A stretch of 62,969 bases of DNA, filler included, from Neolecta irregularis DAH-3 (taxonomy: Eukaryota): NCBI GenBank assembly GCA_001929475.1. It is 14 parts of 14 records of this genome, joined end to end, with 100 filler letters (N's around TTAATTAATTAA, not from the genome) between each part and the next. Parts side by side here need not be neighbours in the genome. Positions count along the whole stretch, not along the records: positions 14,602 to 29,681 come from LXFE01000440.1; positions 29,782 to 31,882 come from LXFE01000441.1; positions 31,983 to 33,463 come from LXFE01000442.1; positions 33,564 to 34,699 come from LXFE01003671.1; positions 34,800 to 49,132 come from LXFE01000444.1; 9 more parts are not named here. One strand, 5' to 3'. The position numbers and the translations under genes were made by a program. Below are positions 24,876-37,410 of the stretch, in pieces. The notes beneath the pieces were generated by a model. The model made no database searches and was not told the origin of the DNA. It saw only the letters and a program-made list of their open reading frames with translations. The first letter of the stretch is position 1, and each line of letters begins with the position of its first letter.

Positions 24876-26465
24876 GAGTAATTATTGTATTGAAGGTTGG
24901 TCGGGTTTCGTTTCTAGACATCAATATATCTTTATCATCATGGTTTATTTCTACTACATCTTTGCTACTTATCGTTCTCGCCTTCCTGGAGATTACATCC
25001 TTTCAAAATTCCCCCGAGGCATCCACGTTTAAGGGAGGCGTCAATGCGCCGGGAAGTCCAACTTGAAATAATTGACCTGATTTGCATATGTGAATAATCC
25101 CTACTTTTGAGAGGTTAAGAAAATTCTCAGGTTTAGAAATTCGAGTTGCCTTTTTCACAACACAACTCGCCGCACACCATACGTTGTCGCTTCTCATTCT
25201 AATGAAACAGATAACAACCCCTAGATCAGGATATAAAAATCCGGTAAAACCAGATGTGTGGACTACCAGCCCCAAGATGGCAGTACAGGGCTGACGGACG
25301 GCGCTCTCGCAATCGGACCTTGGTGAGGACAGCTGTCAGCACACGACCTGAGGTTGGGCGCTGATACGGACTTTGGTTGGATATGCCGATGTAGATACTG
25401 TGAGTAAGAGTAACTACAAATACTGAATATCGGGTGAAAGCCTAGCAAGCTAATCTGACTGGGCGCTACTTATATACAGATTCGCCACATGTGCTGCTGC
25501 CGTCATCTGCCTGCCCGCCTTTCTGTTGCCTTGCAGGGTGGCTACGCTGACCGACCCGACTGGGATGAGCTGCGGCCCTTGTTGGAGGTGGCAAGCTGGT
25601 GGGGGTTGCGACGGTGGGGTATAGTTGTGTCCCCACAAACAACAATCCTAATCCGGGAGAGGAGACACGTTATACGATCCTTCCCTTTTCTATAAATGTT
25701 AGTTCATGCTCGCCCTGTTGCGGTTCACTGGATCGCAAAAGAGGCGTTAAAGCTAGAGACTGATATGTCAGGGTACTAGGGCCGATTCGACTACTGCATT
25801 TACAAATTCTTAAGACGATCATGTTACAGAAATAGAAAGGCCTTTGAATATGAAAAAGATTCAAAGTACATGCACACCAAGACTCCTAGCAGATAGCCAT
25901 TAAACTACCTGGTTACAGTCACTAACCCTAAGCCCTATGCCCTGGAAGCTATCTATATGTTTCAGGAATAAACGAAATAAACACTAGTACTAATACATCC
26001 AAGCCAGTTATCAAAAATTGGACATACGAAAGCTAATGAGAAAATGAGGGTCAGGTTTTGAAGTGAACGAATGCGAATCCTTGGAGAGCGAGATATTGAT
26101 TCAATATATGGGAAACGTTGGTTCATCTCGCTACACGCTCAAAGTTATGAGATGCCTGAAACTGAAATGAAGTTCAGCAGGTAATTTAAAAGAGGCGCAA
26201 GCGGATTGAAGAATGAAACTTAATCGCATGTACCCTGCTGAGAAGAGATCTGCAATCGCAAGACAAGGGGTTTTAACCAGAGCGATAAATGACACTGGAT
26301 GCACAGACAAGCTGTTTTCGGAAACTGAATCGTGCCAAAGCCAACGTGGTTGGACATTGCCTGATGCTGACTATACTAGTAACACATATTTCGGAGGAGA
26401 ACCAATGTAACTATGGGTACCGGATATATCACGAATCTCAACTATATGCTGATTTCGCAGCTGGT

Positions 26466-27431
26466 TCACTCTTCCATTCGATCTTCATCTTGACTTTGCC
26501 GTTTCCTTGCAATAGCTCGAAGAAACTCTTCAACACCAACTCCGGTATTGTCGTCCAGCCCCAGTTGTCTCAACAACGGAGCCAACTGACCGGTGCTCAG
26601 CGCATAAGAAAGACTTGCAAGAGCCTCAACAATCAATCGAAATTATACCGGAGCGGGAAATATTTACCTGTTGGAATTGAGGACTTGTTAAAACATGTTC
26701 CAAATCACTCATATCGAAACCTGGCGGAAGAAATCTTGCAAGAGTATTTCGAACATTCTCATTTCGAATAAGTAGCCGTGCTGTATCTGGCGTAAGGACA
26801 TCGTTCAAAGAAATTTCTTCTTGACGTTCATGAGTTGGTTGAGCGATCCCACCGATGAGTTGCCTCAAACTCGCCATTTGGTCGGCAGTGAGAGTGTTTG
26901 TTTCTGAAGTCCCTCGACTGGGTGCCGGAACATCACTAGGTCTTTGCAAAACTACTCCAGCTGGCCCACTATACTATCAGAAGTCTACTTTGAAGTGCGT
27001 ACATGTCAGTCCTATTTGGATTGGTTGGCGTTTGACTCTCCATCGCTTGCCAGGAAGGATCTTCAATCAAATGGTTCACTGAGTTCATATAGCTCTCATC
27101 GTTGTCTGTCTTTCCCTCCTGCATCCAGAAAAACGATCGTGAAGAAGAAGATCGGAATTTAAGGCAATAGACTCGGCCGGTTGTACATTGTGGGATTGGC
27201 ACAAATTCTGCGTCTCCGGGAAATATGATGAGGTCCTGATATCAATAAGCCTGTTTCCCCGACAATGTGGCGCGAAACATCTTCAACCGCATTTGTAGAA
27301 CGATCCTTCCAGTAAAAGTGCAGCAGATCATCCTGAAGTTCCATAGAAATCAATCCTTTTCGGGGATCTGCTTTCACCAAAGTCCCTTCTCTTGTCATCC
27401 TTCCTGCTTTGAACTGAACAAGGGGCGCCAT
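26466..27431 (-). CDS. RPN13: Proteasome ubiquitin receptor Rpn13/ADRM1, 4 exons
   Basis: Pru domain FKAGRM...DPRKG...HFYWKDR...GRVYCLKF...FFWMQE; C-terminal SPQFQQAL. Confidence 0.92.
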
Positions 27432-28497
27432 GCTTAAGGTGTTGGTTTGAATCGATGTTTAAAGTAACGAATCTTATTTCGAGAATAGAGTGAGAGGAGG
27501 CCGCGAGTAATTGCCGTTAACCTGGGATTTACAAAATGAGAAATGACCCTTAAATGAATAATTGTGCGCGTGAAGATTAGTCCGCTTGACCCAAACGAGA
27601 TTTACCGATTTCTTGAAAACACAAAGAAATATACCAAGGAATCGAACCGGTCGATGCTTCTGGCCTCTAGTCGTGACGGGTCTTAGAAATGACTTCGAAA
27701 TCAAAAACATCAGTTCCTGCCGTGAACAGTAATGGGGCATTACTTATCTGCCGCAACAAACATCTCAAGTATATATCATCATATCACGGTGTAAAAACAT
27801 ATCTATAACATATCCAACCCGCCGGCTTATTCAGCTCATAGGTATGGCTTCAGCTACCAATCAAATTTCTTGAATCACTATGTGCTGTGAATAAAGCTTC
27901 CCGTCAACCAACTCCTAATGATCAGCAAGTATTCTTTGATCTTGTACGGATACGAAAACTCGTTGATGAACCGACGAATTTTGCTGTCCAAGTGGTAAGC
28001 GGAAGTAGAAATCCAGCCCGTGGAAAGCTGAATCGAGATCGATTCAACAACGAATAAGAGAACATGCCTGTGCAAAATTGACGAGATTGGGACAAGTGTT
28101 GCAACGATGCAGTCTGCAAGTGCTGTCGAAGACGTTGCCATGCTTGCTTTGAAAGGACAGAAAGATAATATGAATGCTCGAATCAATCATATACATCATC
28201 ATCAAGATATAGATGACTGAGTCAAGTTACTTTTCTCTCTGATTTATTTGGGTTGGATTGGCTTGGATCTTGTTTATTTTCTATTTAGCTACAATAATAG
28301 AACGAATCCGCCTCATAACGAACTCTACACCCTTTAACGCCACATCGTTATTAGCAGGCTCGACTCTACGCAGAAAGAGGTTTCATCCGCCACAAAGGTG
28401 AGGAAGTATAAGAAGGCCTCAATTGATCAAAACTAACAGCCCAAATCCCCGAAACATAGAAAGATTAAGGGCTCTGACTAATCACCATTGGGACAGA

Positions 28498-29434
28498 ATG
28501 TTGCATACTCATACCCACCCTGCTCATGAACATGGGTAATCAGCGATACCTGCTCCTGAAGCCCCTTAACCATCAGACATACCCATGAGCATCTCGAATC
28601 AGCTGGATCATTCAGTGCTCGAGAACTCCCTCTATCTCATAGAGATTTCTCAAGTCGCGCATTCACGGTCGGAATAGGGGGGTTTTTTCTATCCTCTTTG
28701 AAAAACAAATAACCCTGTAGGCCAGTTGGTTCGGGAAAAACGGCGTTAATGCTCCAATTATGCCGATCTCTTGGCCCGAAATGTTCAATTGCTGTGGTTA
28801 CGAATGATATCTTCACCCGTGAAGATCAAGAATTCTTGATCCGTAATGAGGCGCTAGAAAAAGAACGCATTAAAGCAATTGAAACTGGTGCCTTTTTTCT
28901 CCAAAGGATAACAATTTATTTGAGTAGGTGGCTGTCCCCATGCAGCTATTAGAGAAGATATTTCCGCAAATTTACATGCGTTGGAGGACCTTCATGTGCA
29001 GTTCAATCCAGATCTTTTGCTTGTTGAAAGTGGAGGGGACAATCTTGCCGCAAATTACTCTAGGGAGCTGGCAGATTTTATCATCTATGTTGTAAGATCC
29101 CTCTTGCCATGCTCATCAGGTCATGATATATTCAGATCGATGTTTCTGGAGGTGATAAAATACCAAGAAAAGGTGGACCAGGAATCACGCAGAGCGATGT
29201 GCTGGTGATAAATAAAACTGATCTTTCTGAAATTGTTGGAGCGGATTTGGATGTGATGGACCGAGATGCCAGGAAGATGAGGTACTTGGTTGTACCATGC
29301 ATTTTTCTGACTCTTTTCACAGAGAAGGTGGTCCAACAATCTTTGCTCAGGTAAAGAATGGCAAGGGCGTTGAAGAGATTATTGGCTTGATACTTGGTGC
29401 TGCGAGAGAGAGTGTACCAGGGTTCAACATATGA
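28498..29434 (+). CDS. ureG: Urease accessory GTPase UreG, 6 exons
   Basis: His-rich N-terminus, [41 protein letters not shown]. Confidence 0.96.
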
Positions 29435-29615
29435 AGTGAAGTTGTAGAGTATTAGAGGATTTTAGGATCCTGGCAACGTAGATGAGAATAAGAAACCGTG
29501 AAAACTATTCTTTGATGCCTAGCTGGATGAATAGAGCATTATCCATAGCCCTTCAAATGGGCGGCTACAGTACTACTTATAGGAGACAGATAGCCATGTC
29601 ACTTTTAGTGACTAG

Positions 29616-29681
29616 CAGACTTGCTTGCTTGCATATTTCAGGCCTTTGGACTTGCTTGCTTGGACTTACTTGCTATTTTAC
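29616..29681 (+). mobile_element. CAGACTTGCT-family element end
   Basis: Near-identical to 61872-61935. Confidence 0.7.
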
Positions 29682-29781
29682 NNNNNNNNNNNNNNNNNNN
29701 NNNNNNNNNNNNNNNNNNNNNNNNNTTAATTAATTAANNNNNNNNNNNNNNNNNNNNNNNNNNNNNNNNNNNNNNNNNNNN

Positions 29782-31707
29782 AATCCCGATCGACATTTCG
29801 ATAATTGCAATTTGAGTGATTTTGACTTGAAGAATAGCTACTCGAGTCTCCAAGTCGAAGCCTAGTTGATCGACAGTCAATTCATCTTGGTCGACTTTTG
29901 CAACGGAAAACGCAGCTTCACATGCGTCTAGCGCATCTTCAAAATTCTCCTGGGCGGATAAAAGGAGAGCTAGTAGATGCCATGATGGGATATGTGTATG
30001 TGAAAACTGCAGCGATATACGAATATGATGCAATGCATCCAAGACATCTCGATTTTCAGCGTACTGCAACGCTAAAAGATAATGAATAGACTGATTTGAA
30101 AGGAGTTTTTGAGAATTGACAAGATGTTTAATTGCTTCTAATTGTAACCCCGGTCGATTTCTTGCTTCATAGGCTACGGGTTAATTTGATAAAGAGGGAA
30201 CGTGCTTTTTTGTGCCAAGAGACCATATGCGATACCTTGAGCTTGACAAACTAGTGCTAATAAACGGGTGTCGGAAATCTTCAACGTGACGCTTATTTCT
30301 TTTGCCATTTCTGCGTATTTGACAGCTTCCACTCCCTAATAGTTGGCAACGGAAAGTAAATAGTATACGTCTTGTAGAAACTTTGCACATAATCGGACGC
30401 CTGTGCAGATTGTTTCTAGAAAAGTTTCATCAGAGTCGATGTCCCCGAGGTCTGCCCCGAGACTGTATTCTCTCGATTGTTTGACTATTTGCAGGTATTG
30501 CTCGAATGAATTGTGGGCCATAAAGTAATCGCCCATTTGAGTGTAAATTGTCATCAGATGACGCATGATCATGGGAGAGAGGAAAGTTTTCTCCACGGCA
30601 AGATAGAGAGACTGGGATTAGTGGTGAAATTTGAGATCTTGCATCAAGAATGCGAGGACAATCTTCTTTAGGGGAACCGCGAGATTTGTGGTTTTCCATC
30701 AAGAGATGAACAAATTCCAAGAGGAGTGGATTTGTATGGCCGGCGTGAGGAAAGACTGTTGTTTTGTATAGCAAATCTTGGTATACAGTGGTAATAGCGA
30801 CGAGATCTGAGTTGATTCTAGAATGTTTGGCGTGATAATACGACTAGATACCTTTGTGGATCAATAGAGTAGGCATGTGAGAGAAAGAGAAAGTATTGTC
30901 TGTAGAGATTGGAGCGGTTTGTCAATCGCCAGTCATCTGGACAAGTTGCGGTGATGAAATTTGCGTACAGTTTAAAGCAAGACAAGGCGGGGATGGACTC
31001 GGTACTGTGTGTTAGACAGGTTATTATATAGTATACAGCAGAGTTTTTGCAAGGATGGCGTGTCTGTATAGGATGACTTCTAGGACGTTTTTGGTTTCCT
31101 GGAAAAGATCGTTGTTGAGGTCTATGGTTTCTGTTACCCGTTTGTATACAGGAAAAGCGGCATGAATGTCTCCCAATTGTTCGTTTGCCATTCCTATTAT
31201 GAGCGCAAGTAGAAAAACACATGCCATTGACAGCTAGTCCTTTGAGGAGAAGGATAGCAGGATAGTCTGTGGGAGCAGAGGGGATATTTTCTGCGGCCAG
31301 GAACTGGGTTTTGCGTTGTGCTTCTCGGGGATTGCCTATTACGAGTTCTAGTTTTGCGGTTACGATTTCGAGTTGCTATAATAAGCTGGGGGTGGAGAGA
31401 GAGCAACCTGTTTCTCTTGCAAGGAAGGTTCGGGCGAGGCAGCAGCAGCGAGGTTTTCCCTGATGTCTGCAATCTGGGAGGAGGACAGAAGGTGGGAGGA
31501 TGGGTCTGCAAAGTGAGATATTCCGGCGGCGGCGACAGCAAGTTCGAGGAGGGCTTCCGCGGTGGCCGTGGAGGCGAGGCTGCCAGAGGCTGGGGCGTGT
31601 TTTCTGAGTTTGCGGGCGAGTTCGGGGATATCCAGGTAGCGGGACTGGCAGCGGGCGAGATGCAGGGCGGCGTGATATCGGGCGGCTTTTGTGGAGGGAG
31701 TGCTCAT
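29782..31707 (-). CDS. YPP1: Ypp1/TTC7-like TPR protein (PI4-kinase scaffold), 3' end lost in gap
   Basis: KAARYHAALHLARCQ...PELARKLRKH N-terminus; HIPSWHLLALLLSAQENFEDAL TPR; 7 introns hand-spliced. Confidence 0.85.
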
Positions 31708-31882
31708 GATTGTTGATTGATTGGTTGGTTGATTGATTGGTTGGTTGGTTGTTCGGTTGGTTGGTTGGTTGGTTGTTGATTGATTGATTGATTGATTGAT
31801 TGACTGACTGACTGACTGACTGATTGACTGATTGACTGATTGACTGATTGACTGATTGACTGATTGACTGATTGACTGATTG
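31708..31882. repeat. Compound (GATT/GGTT/GACT)n microsatellite abutting the YPP1 start codon
   Basis: Direct reading. Confidence 0.95.
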
Positions 31883-32065
31883 NNNNNNNNNNNNNNNNNN
31901 NNNNNNNNNNNNNNNNNNNNNNNNNNTTAATTAATTAANNNNNNNNNNNNNNNNNNNNNNNNNNNNNNNNNNNNNNNNNNNNGACCACATCCGCAAATCA
32001 CATCACCCTGAATAACTATTCGACTAAAGTAATGAACCAAGAACGCCAGTATGAAAAAGGATTGT

Positions 32066-33463
32066 TCAGGATAGTTTATATGCATGCTCCACTCTCTCAG
32101 CTGCTTCATCTGCTTGTTTCTGCCAATTGGTTCGAAATATTACAATCATTTCAACCACATCAACCCTAACATGTAAGATAAAGCACGTAATATTATGTCA
32201 TACAATACGAGAGCCAAAAACATTCCTATCCACAGCCCTGAAAGTCCCCAATGAAGTTTAAAAGTCAAAAGTAAACCTACAGGCAGTGCCAAGAGGTAGT
32301 AACCCACGATCTAATGTATTAGTGGAACCCAAAGAAACTACTTGCATTAGCACATCCACCAATCTTTTGTTTTCCAGTCCCACGTAAAATTCCTCCTGCA
32401 ACGGCACTGAAACAATCCAGAATTGCAAACCCAGCCACTAAAGGCACGATAGAGGCAACAAGAGCTAGAGTGTGAGTTTTAGTTTAAAATAGCTATACCT
32501 ATGACTTTGGCATCTCCGGTAAAAAGCTTCCCTAAAGTGTGTCTAAGTAAGAACAAGCCCGCCCTGGATGTCGATCAGACGACAATGCCAAATTGAATAC
32601 ATACCATGTAAATAAGCCTAAAATCAGTGCCATCACGGTGCCTACATTTGCAGCCATATTGGCTGACTTCACAAGACCAGCTCCGAGAAGATTCCCAATA
32701 CGTGTTGAAACAGCTACGGAGACGGCAAAAGGTATCTGGAAGAGAATCGAAGCTTGAAATAAGTTACGCATAATGCATGATATACTGGTAGTCCCAAGAA
32801 TACTCTGAGCCGCCAATGCATTGGATGATATGAATGCTGCTGCGAGTGACAAAATCTCGAAAGCCGCCCACTGATGTGTCAATATAAAAAGATAGTTATT
32901 CATGCCTCGGAAACGACCTGTTTTGCCTTAGCAGTAGCACTTTTATGAGACACATACCATGATTATGCCAGGAATCGCCAACTTTATCATTGGACCCCAA
33001 TCAATAAAAGCTCGATTTGAAAACCCGCACCAAGCCTGTTTTCCATTCACATATGCGATATAGAGTGTTAAGAGGACTGCTTGCAGCCAATATGTAATAC
33101 AGACTGCTGCAGGAGCTCCGAGAAATCCGAACCCAATCTTTGGATTCCATACAAGAACGTAACATAGAATAACATTGATTGGAGTGGTGAGAAATAGAAC
33201 GTAAGTCGAGGCGCTGAATATTCCTTGAGCTTGAAGAAACGTCTTCTCCACTTCAAAGATCGCATACGCAGGTCTATTGGTCAAAACACTAAAGGTGTAG
33301 TAGCAAACATACACACCAACCAGTGCTACTTTCATATACTGCGCCACGAGACGAGCAAGGACCGGTTCCTGTTTTAAAGCTAATAATATTCCCTCGGTAT
33401 TCAACCTCAATAGTCAGGGTAATTCTCAAGATTGACAAACCAAATAGCAGCTACAATGATTGA
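32066..33463 (-). CDS. MATE family transporter (ERC1-like), 5' end in gap
   Basis: FLQAQGIF, GFGFLGAP, EWAAFEIL, STRIGNLLGAG, GILRGTGKQKIG, GLSGLWIG. Confidence 0.92.
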
Positions 33464-33654
33464 NNNNNNNNNNNNNNNNNNNNNNNNNNNNNNNNNNNNN
33501 NNNNNNNTTAATTAATTAANNNNNNNNNNNNNNNNNNNNNNNNNNNNNNNNNNNNNNNNNNNNGGGCAGTGCGGCTGGTGCAAGTATCTGTCGTGCCTGC
33601 CGATCCGCGACTGGTGCGATGTGGGGGGGATTACTACGGGGAGTCGATGATCTT

Positions 33655-34022
33655 CATGATACGAATCATACATACGAGAATCTACTCACGATCATACTGA
33701 TACGAATCATACTGATACGAGAATCTACTCACGATCATACTGATACGAATCATACTTGAATCATACTTGAATCATACTCACGAATCATACTCCACTGACT
33801 CTCCCATCACCCACCACTCCATACTCCACCCACTCTACTCCACCCACTCTACTCCACCCACCACCACCCATACTCCACTCACTCTACTCCACCCACCACC
33901 ACCCATACTCCACTCACCCATACTCCATTTACCCATACTCCACTGACTCTACCCACCACCACTCACTCTACCCACCACTCACTCTACCCACCACTCACCC
34001 ACCACCACCCATACTCCACTCC
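33655..34022 (+). repeat. A/C-rich compound repeat (ATACGAATC-like then ACTCCACCC-like) upstream of the RasGEF
   Basis: Direct reading. Confidence 0.9.
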
Positions 34023-34033
34023 ACGTGACAACC

Positions 34034-34699
34034 ATGGACCCCGCAGAACCGGCGCTGCGAGTGCGCGCGCTGTACGACTTTACGCCGGACGACACCGGCA
34101 GCCTGGCGTTCAGCGCGGGCGACGAGATCCAGGTGCTGACGCAGCTGGAGTCTGGCTGGTGGGACGGGATGCTGGGCGGCACCAGGGGCTGGTTTCCCAG
34201 CAACTATGTCGCCGTGCTGGACGACGACGACGGGCCGGACGAGGATGCCGCCGCGTACTGGATCCCGCAGGCGACGCCCGAAGGCCGCATCTACTACTTC
34301 AACACGCGCACCGAGGCGTCCACCTGGGAAATTCCCTTTGAGCGCATGGACGGCGCCCGCCCCAGCAGCGCCCTGTCGCCCGCCGCCCGCTCCGCCCCGC
34401 GCACCATCCGCATGCGCCCGCCCGTCGACCCCGACGACGCGCCCGTGCTGCAGAAGCTGCACGACGTCGCCATGGTGCGCCGCTGCGAGTCCCGCGCTGA
34501 CCCGCAGACCGCAAACCGCCTGTCGATCCTGACCTCGCTCTCGGCCGGCGACGCCCTGCCGCACGCCGCCTTCCAGCACCCGCCGCCCGTCCTCGCTGCG
34601 CTGCATGCCGCTGTGGTTGCCGCCGTGGCTGGTGTCGTTGCTCTGGCGACTTCTCCTTCTGTCGTTGCTCCTTCCTCTATCACTACCCCCCCTCCCGCT
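34034..34699 (+). CDS. SH3 + WW domain protein, N-terminus of a Cdc25-like RasGEF; truncated by gap
   Basis: VRALYDF...LAFSAGDEI...SGWWDG...GWFPSNYV (SH3); WIPQATPEGRIYYFNTRTEASTWEIP (WW). Confidence 0.88.
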
Positions 34700-35136
34700 N
34701 NNNNNNNNNNNNNNNNNNNNNNNNNNNNNNNNNNNNNNNNNNNTTAATTAATTAANNNNNNNNNNNNNNNNNNNNNNNNNNNNNNNNNNNNNNNNNNNNA
34801 AAGAAACCAAAGTAATTAGCAATCGTGTGCCATTAAAGGGCTGATACGAGAAGTAATGCTGTCAAATAAATCTCCAGTTTCGAAATCTCGAAGCCATATA
34901 TCCTGGAATATTTTGTCATTATTTAGACCGATTATGAAGATCTTGGGAATATTTAGCCAGTATGCGGTTCGAAGCTAGGTGGCGGGCGTATGAGTTCAAT
35001 GAATTGATAGAAAAAGCCAAACAGGCGTCTTTTGGTCTTATAGCGATACCTTTCGGAGAGTCGGGAGTACTTTCGGCGCTAAGAAAATGGGAATTGAACA
35101 TGTCCGTAAACCGTATTATGCAAATCATTGGTTCAT

Positions 35137-35245
35137 GAACGCTATGCGCTTAGAAGTACGATAAGACCAAGTGTTATAACTAGCCTAAGTAAACGTACTT
35201 TTACAAAGGGACATACCTAGCCTAAGTAAACGTACTTGGCTAGGT
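35137..35245 (+). mobile_element. Partial short LTR
   Basis: gcttagaagtacgataagaccaagtgttataactagcctaag family core. Confidence 0.75.
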
Positions 35246-35504
35246 AAGTCTGTCGCAGAAAAATGGTACACGTGGTGTTTTCTGGTTATCTGATGGGGTT
35301 TCCTATTATTATACGCTTCCTTGGTTTACTACAATGACGTGACTCATACTTGTAAAACTATAAGTAGTCCTGTATCTGCACATTTGTAGGATGGTTGGAT
35401 AATGCTCTATCCATCCTGCTAAGAATCAAAGAATCGTTTCCATCTTTTTCCTCTATGTTTCCAGAATCCTAAAACCTCAAAGATGCTACAACTACAACCT
35501 GCGT

Positions 35505-36245
35505 GTAACCAGCCCATGGACCGGGCTCAAAGAAAAGCCCGGCCCATTGGCACACGGGCCAAGATGAGCTTCTTTCACGTGACACCATGGTTAAATGCCA
35601 ACCACCACCATGCCACCAAGTGTGGCGCCCACTTGCTTCCTCTCACTAGTCACTCCCCTGACTCTACCGATGCCCTATACCCCTCACTCTACCAATGCCT
35701 ATACCCCTCACTCTACCAATGCCTATACCCCTCTCTCTACCAATACCTATACCCCTCTCTCTACCAATGCCTATACCCCTTACTCTACTGATGCCCTATA
35801 CCCCTGCACCACTGCCTCGAAGCCTTTGTCAAGCGCCTGTTGCTGCAAAAAGTGCACAACCTACACAGATGTGCCTGCTACAGTTACTCCTGCCAGCCTG
35901 CTCAAACTCCTCTCCCCCTTCCCGCCTGCCTCTCCTGCCTGTCCCTCCCTCCTGTCCCTCCCGCCTTCCTGCCTGTCTCTCCCTCCTGTCCCTCCCGCCT
36001 TCCTGCCTGTCTCTCACCTCTCCCACCCATCTCCCCACCTCATGCTCAAGTCTCACCCATCTCGCGTGCCTCCCCCACTCGCCTTCCTCATGCGCATCTC
36101 CCGCTTCTCCCGCTCACCTGACTTGATTACTTCACCTACCTCAACCACCTTTCGCCCCTTGTGCCCCAATCTCTCCTGCCTCCCACCTTGCCCGTCTTGC
36201 ACGTCTGGCCCGTCTGGCCCGTCTGGCCCACCTGCCTGTCAGTTC
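35505..36245 (+). mobile_element. Degenerate CAGTGTTGG-family element carrying a 24-bp minisatellite
   Basis: gcccatggaccggg...gggccaagatg...ttcacgtga as at 62349-62440; about 6 copies of ccaatgcctatacccctcactcta at 35668-35805; C/T tract. Confidence 0.65.
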
Positions 36246-37156
36246 CCTTGCCAATATTTAGATAGATATAAGGAAGTATATACATAATATAACAATTTAT
36301 ACTTGAATTGTGAATGTTGATTGTTGTAAATGGATGGGTGGTAGTGGGTAGGGTTCTTAAAGTTGTGCTTATGATCTTTGATATTTTTGATGAGAAGAAA
36401 GGGGGCTGGGGGACTAATCTATAAACTTGCAGAACACAACATACTTCCTTCCAGTACACACTGTAGGTAAAGGAAAAGCTAAGCTAAGCCCCATTTACAT
36501 ACGGTGACTCGTCAGCAGGCCCCATACTCCCAGTACGATTGATCTCGTTTTCTCGGTAATAATGTTCGTGTAACATGGCGAATACGACATCATGATATCT
36601 GCCTCGTTTCCTATCTACCTGCCATGCACATATGCATTATTTTAGTCCTGAATCCGATGCAAATGAATATAACCCAATGGGCAATGGAAGCATTGAGGTT
36701 CTTTGATCTGCCGCTAGTGACGACTGGATGGGGCGGTCTGAGCACGGTTTGATATGTCCAGTTTGAATTGCACAGAGAACTAGCTAGTACAACAAGGTAT
36801 TTAACGCACATGGTGTATTCAAGTCGATTCGTGATTGACAGTTTTCATTTATCAAGAATTTCTAGATTGAAATTCATCTGGAAAGATCGTCGACATATGG
36901 GAACCAACAGCCTAGCTTCATAAGCGCACGGAAGATCAAGGCAGGATGCTGGAGAATCATAATTGGTATTCCCTAGTAATCAAGATTGCAACTTTTTCAT
37001 TAATCATTAGGAATTGGGCCACAATATCCAGTTGGGAGTCCCATCTTGATTTGTTATTTGTAGGTGTAGCTGCGAATTATCTGGATTTTCATCTAGGACC
37101 CATTTTGCTGCCACTTTTGTAGTGCGTTTTCAACAACAAAATAGTATATGGATCGT

Positions 37157-37410
37157 CCAAATTCATCAAATTCCAATTGTAAGCGCGCGTTCATAAAAGA
37201 ACAATTAATGAAATTATTTTTCCCACTCCACGGGTTTGGCGCGCCAATAAAATACCTCCCACCATTCTTCGAACTTCATCTACAAAATAGAGGGATATGG
37301 GCGATTTGTCCTCTCTGGTGTCGCGAAAAATTTGCGAGGACCCGACAAAAACTATTCCAAGAAAGAGGTGCACTGAACGCGCGCTTCAAATTGCAATTTG
37401 AAGAATTGGC
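37157..37410. repeat. ~37-bp inverted repeat pair (foldback/MITE-like)
   Basis: ccaaattcatcaaattccaattgtaagcgcgcgttca versus tgaacgcgcgcttcaaattgcaatttgaagaattgg. Confidence 0.7.

Noticed and set aside
25922-25931. CTAACCCTAA as a definite telomerase RNA template
   Set aside because: No pseudoknot or CR4/5 recognised downstream on the same strand; the same 10-mer also occurs at ~45499 and ~51631
27878-28200. Possible small spliced gene between RPN13 and ureG
   Set aside because: Could not build a consistent model or recognise a product
32066-33463. MATE transporter (and the ABC pump) as members of the P450 cluster
   Set aside because: Separated from the P450s by gaps of unknown size and by unrelated genes
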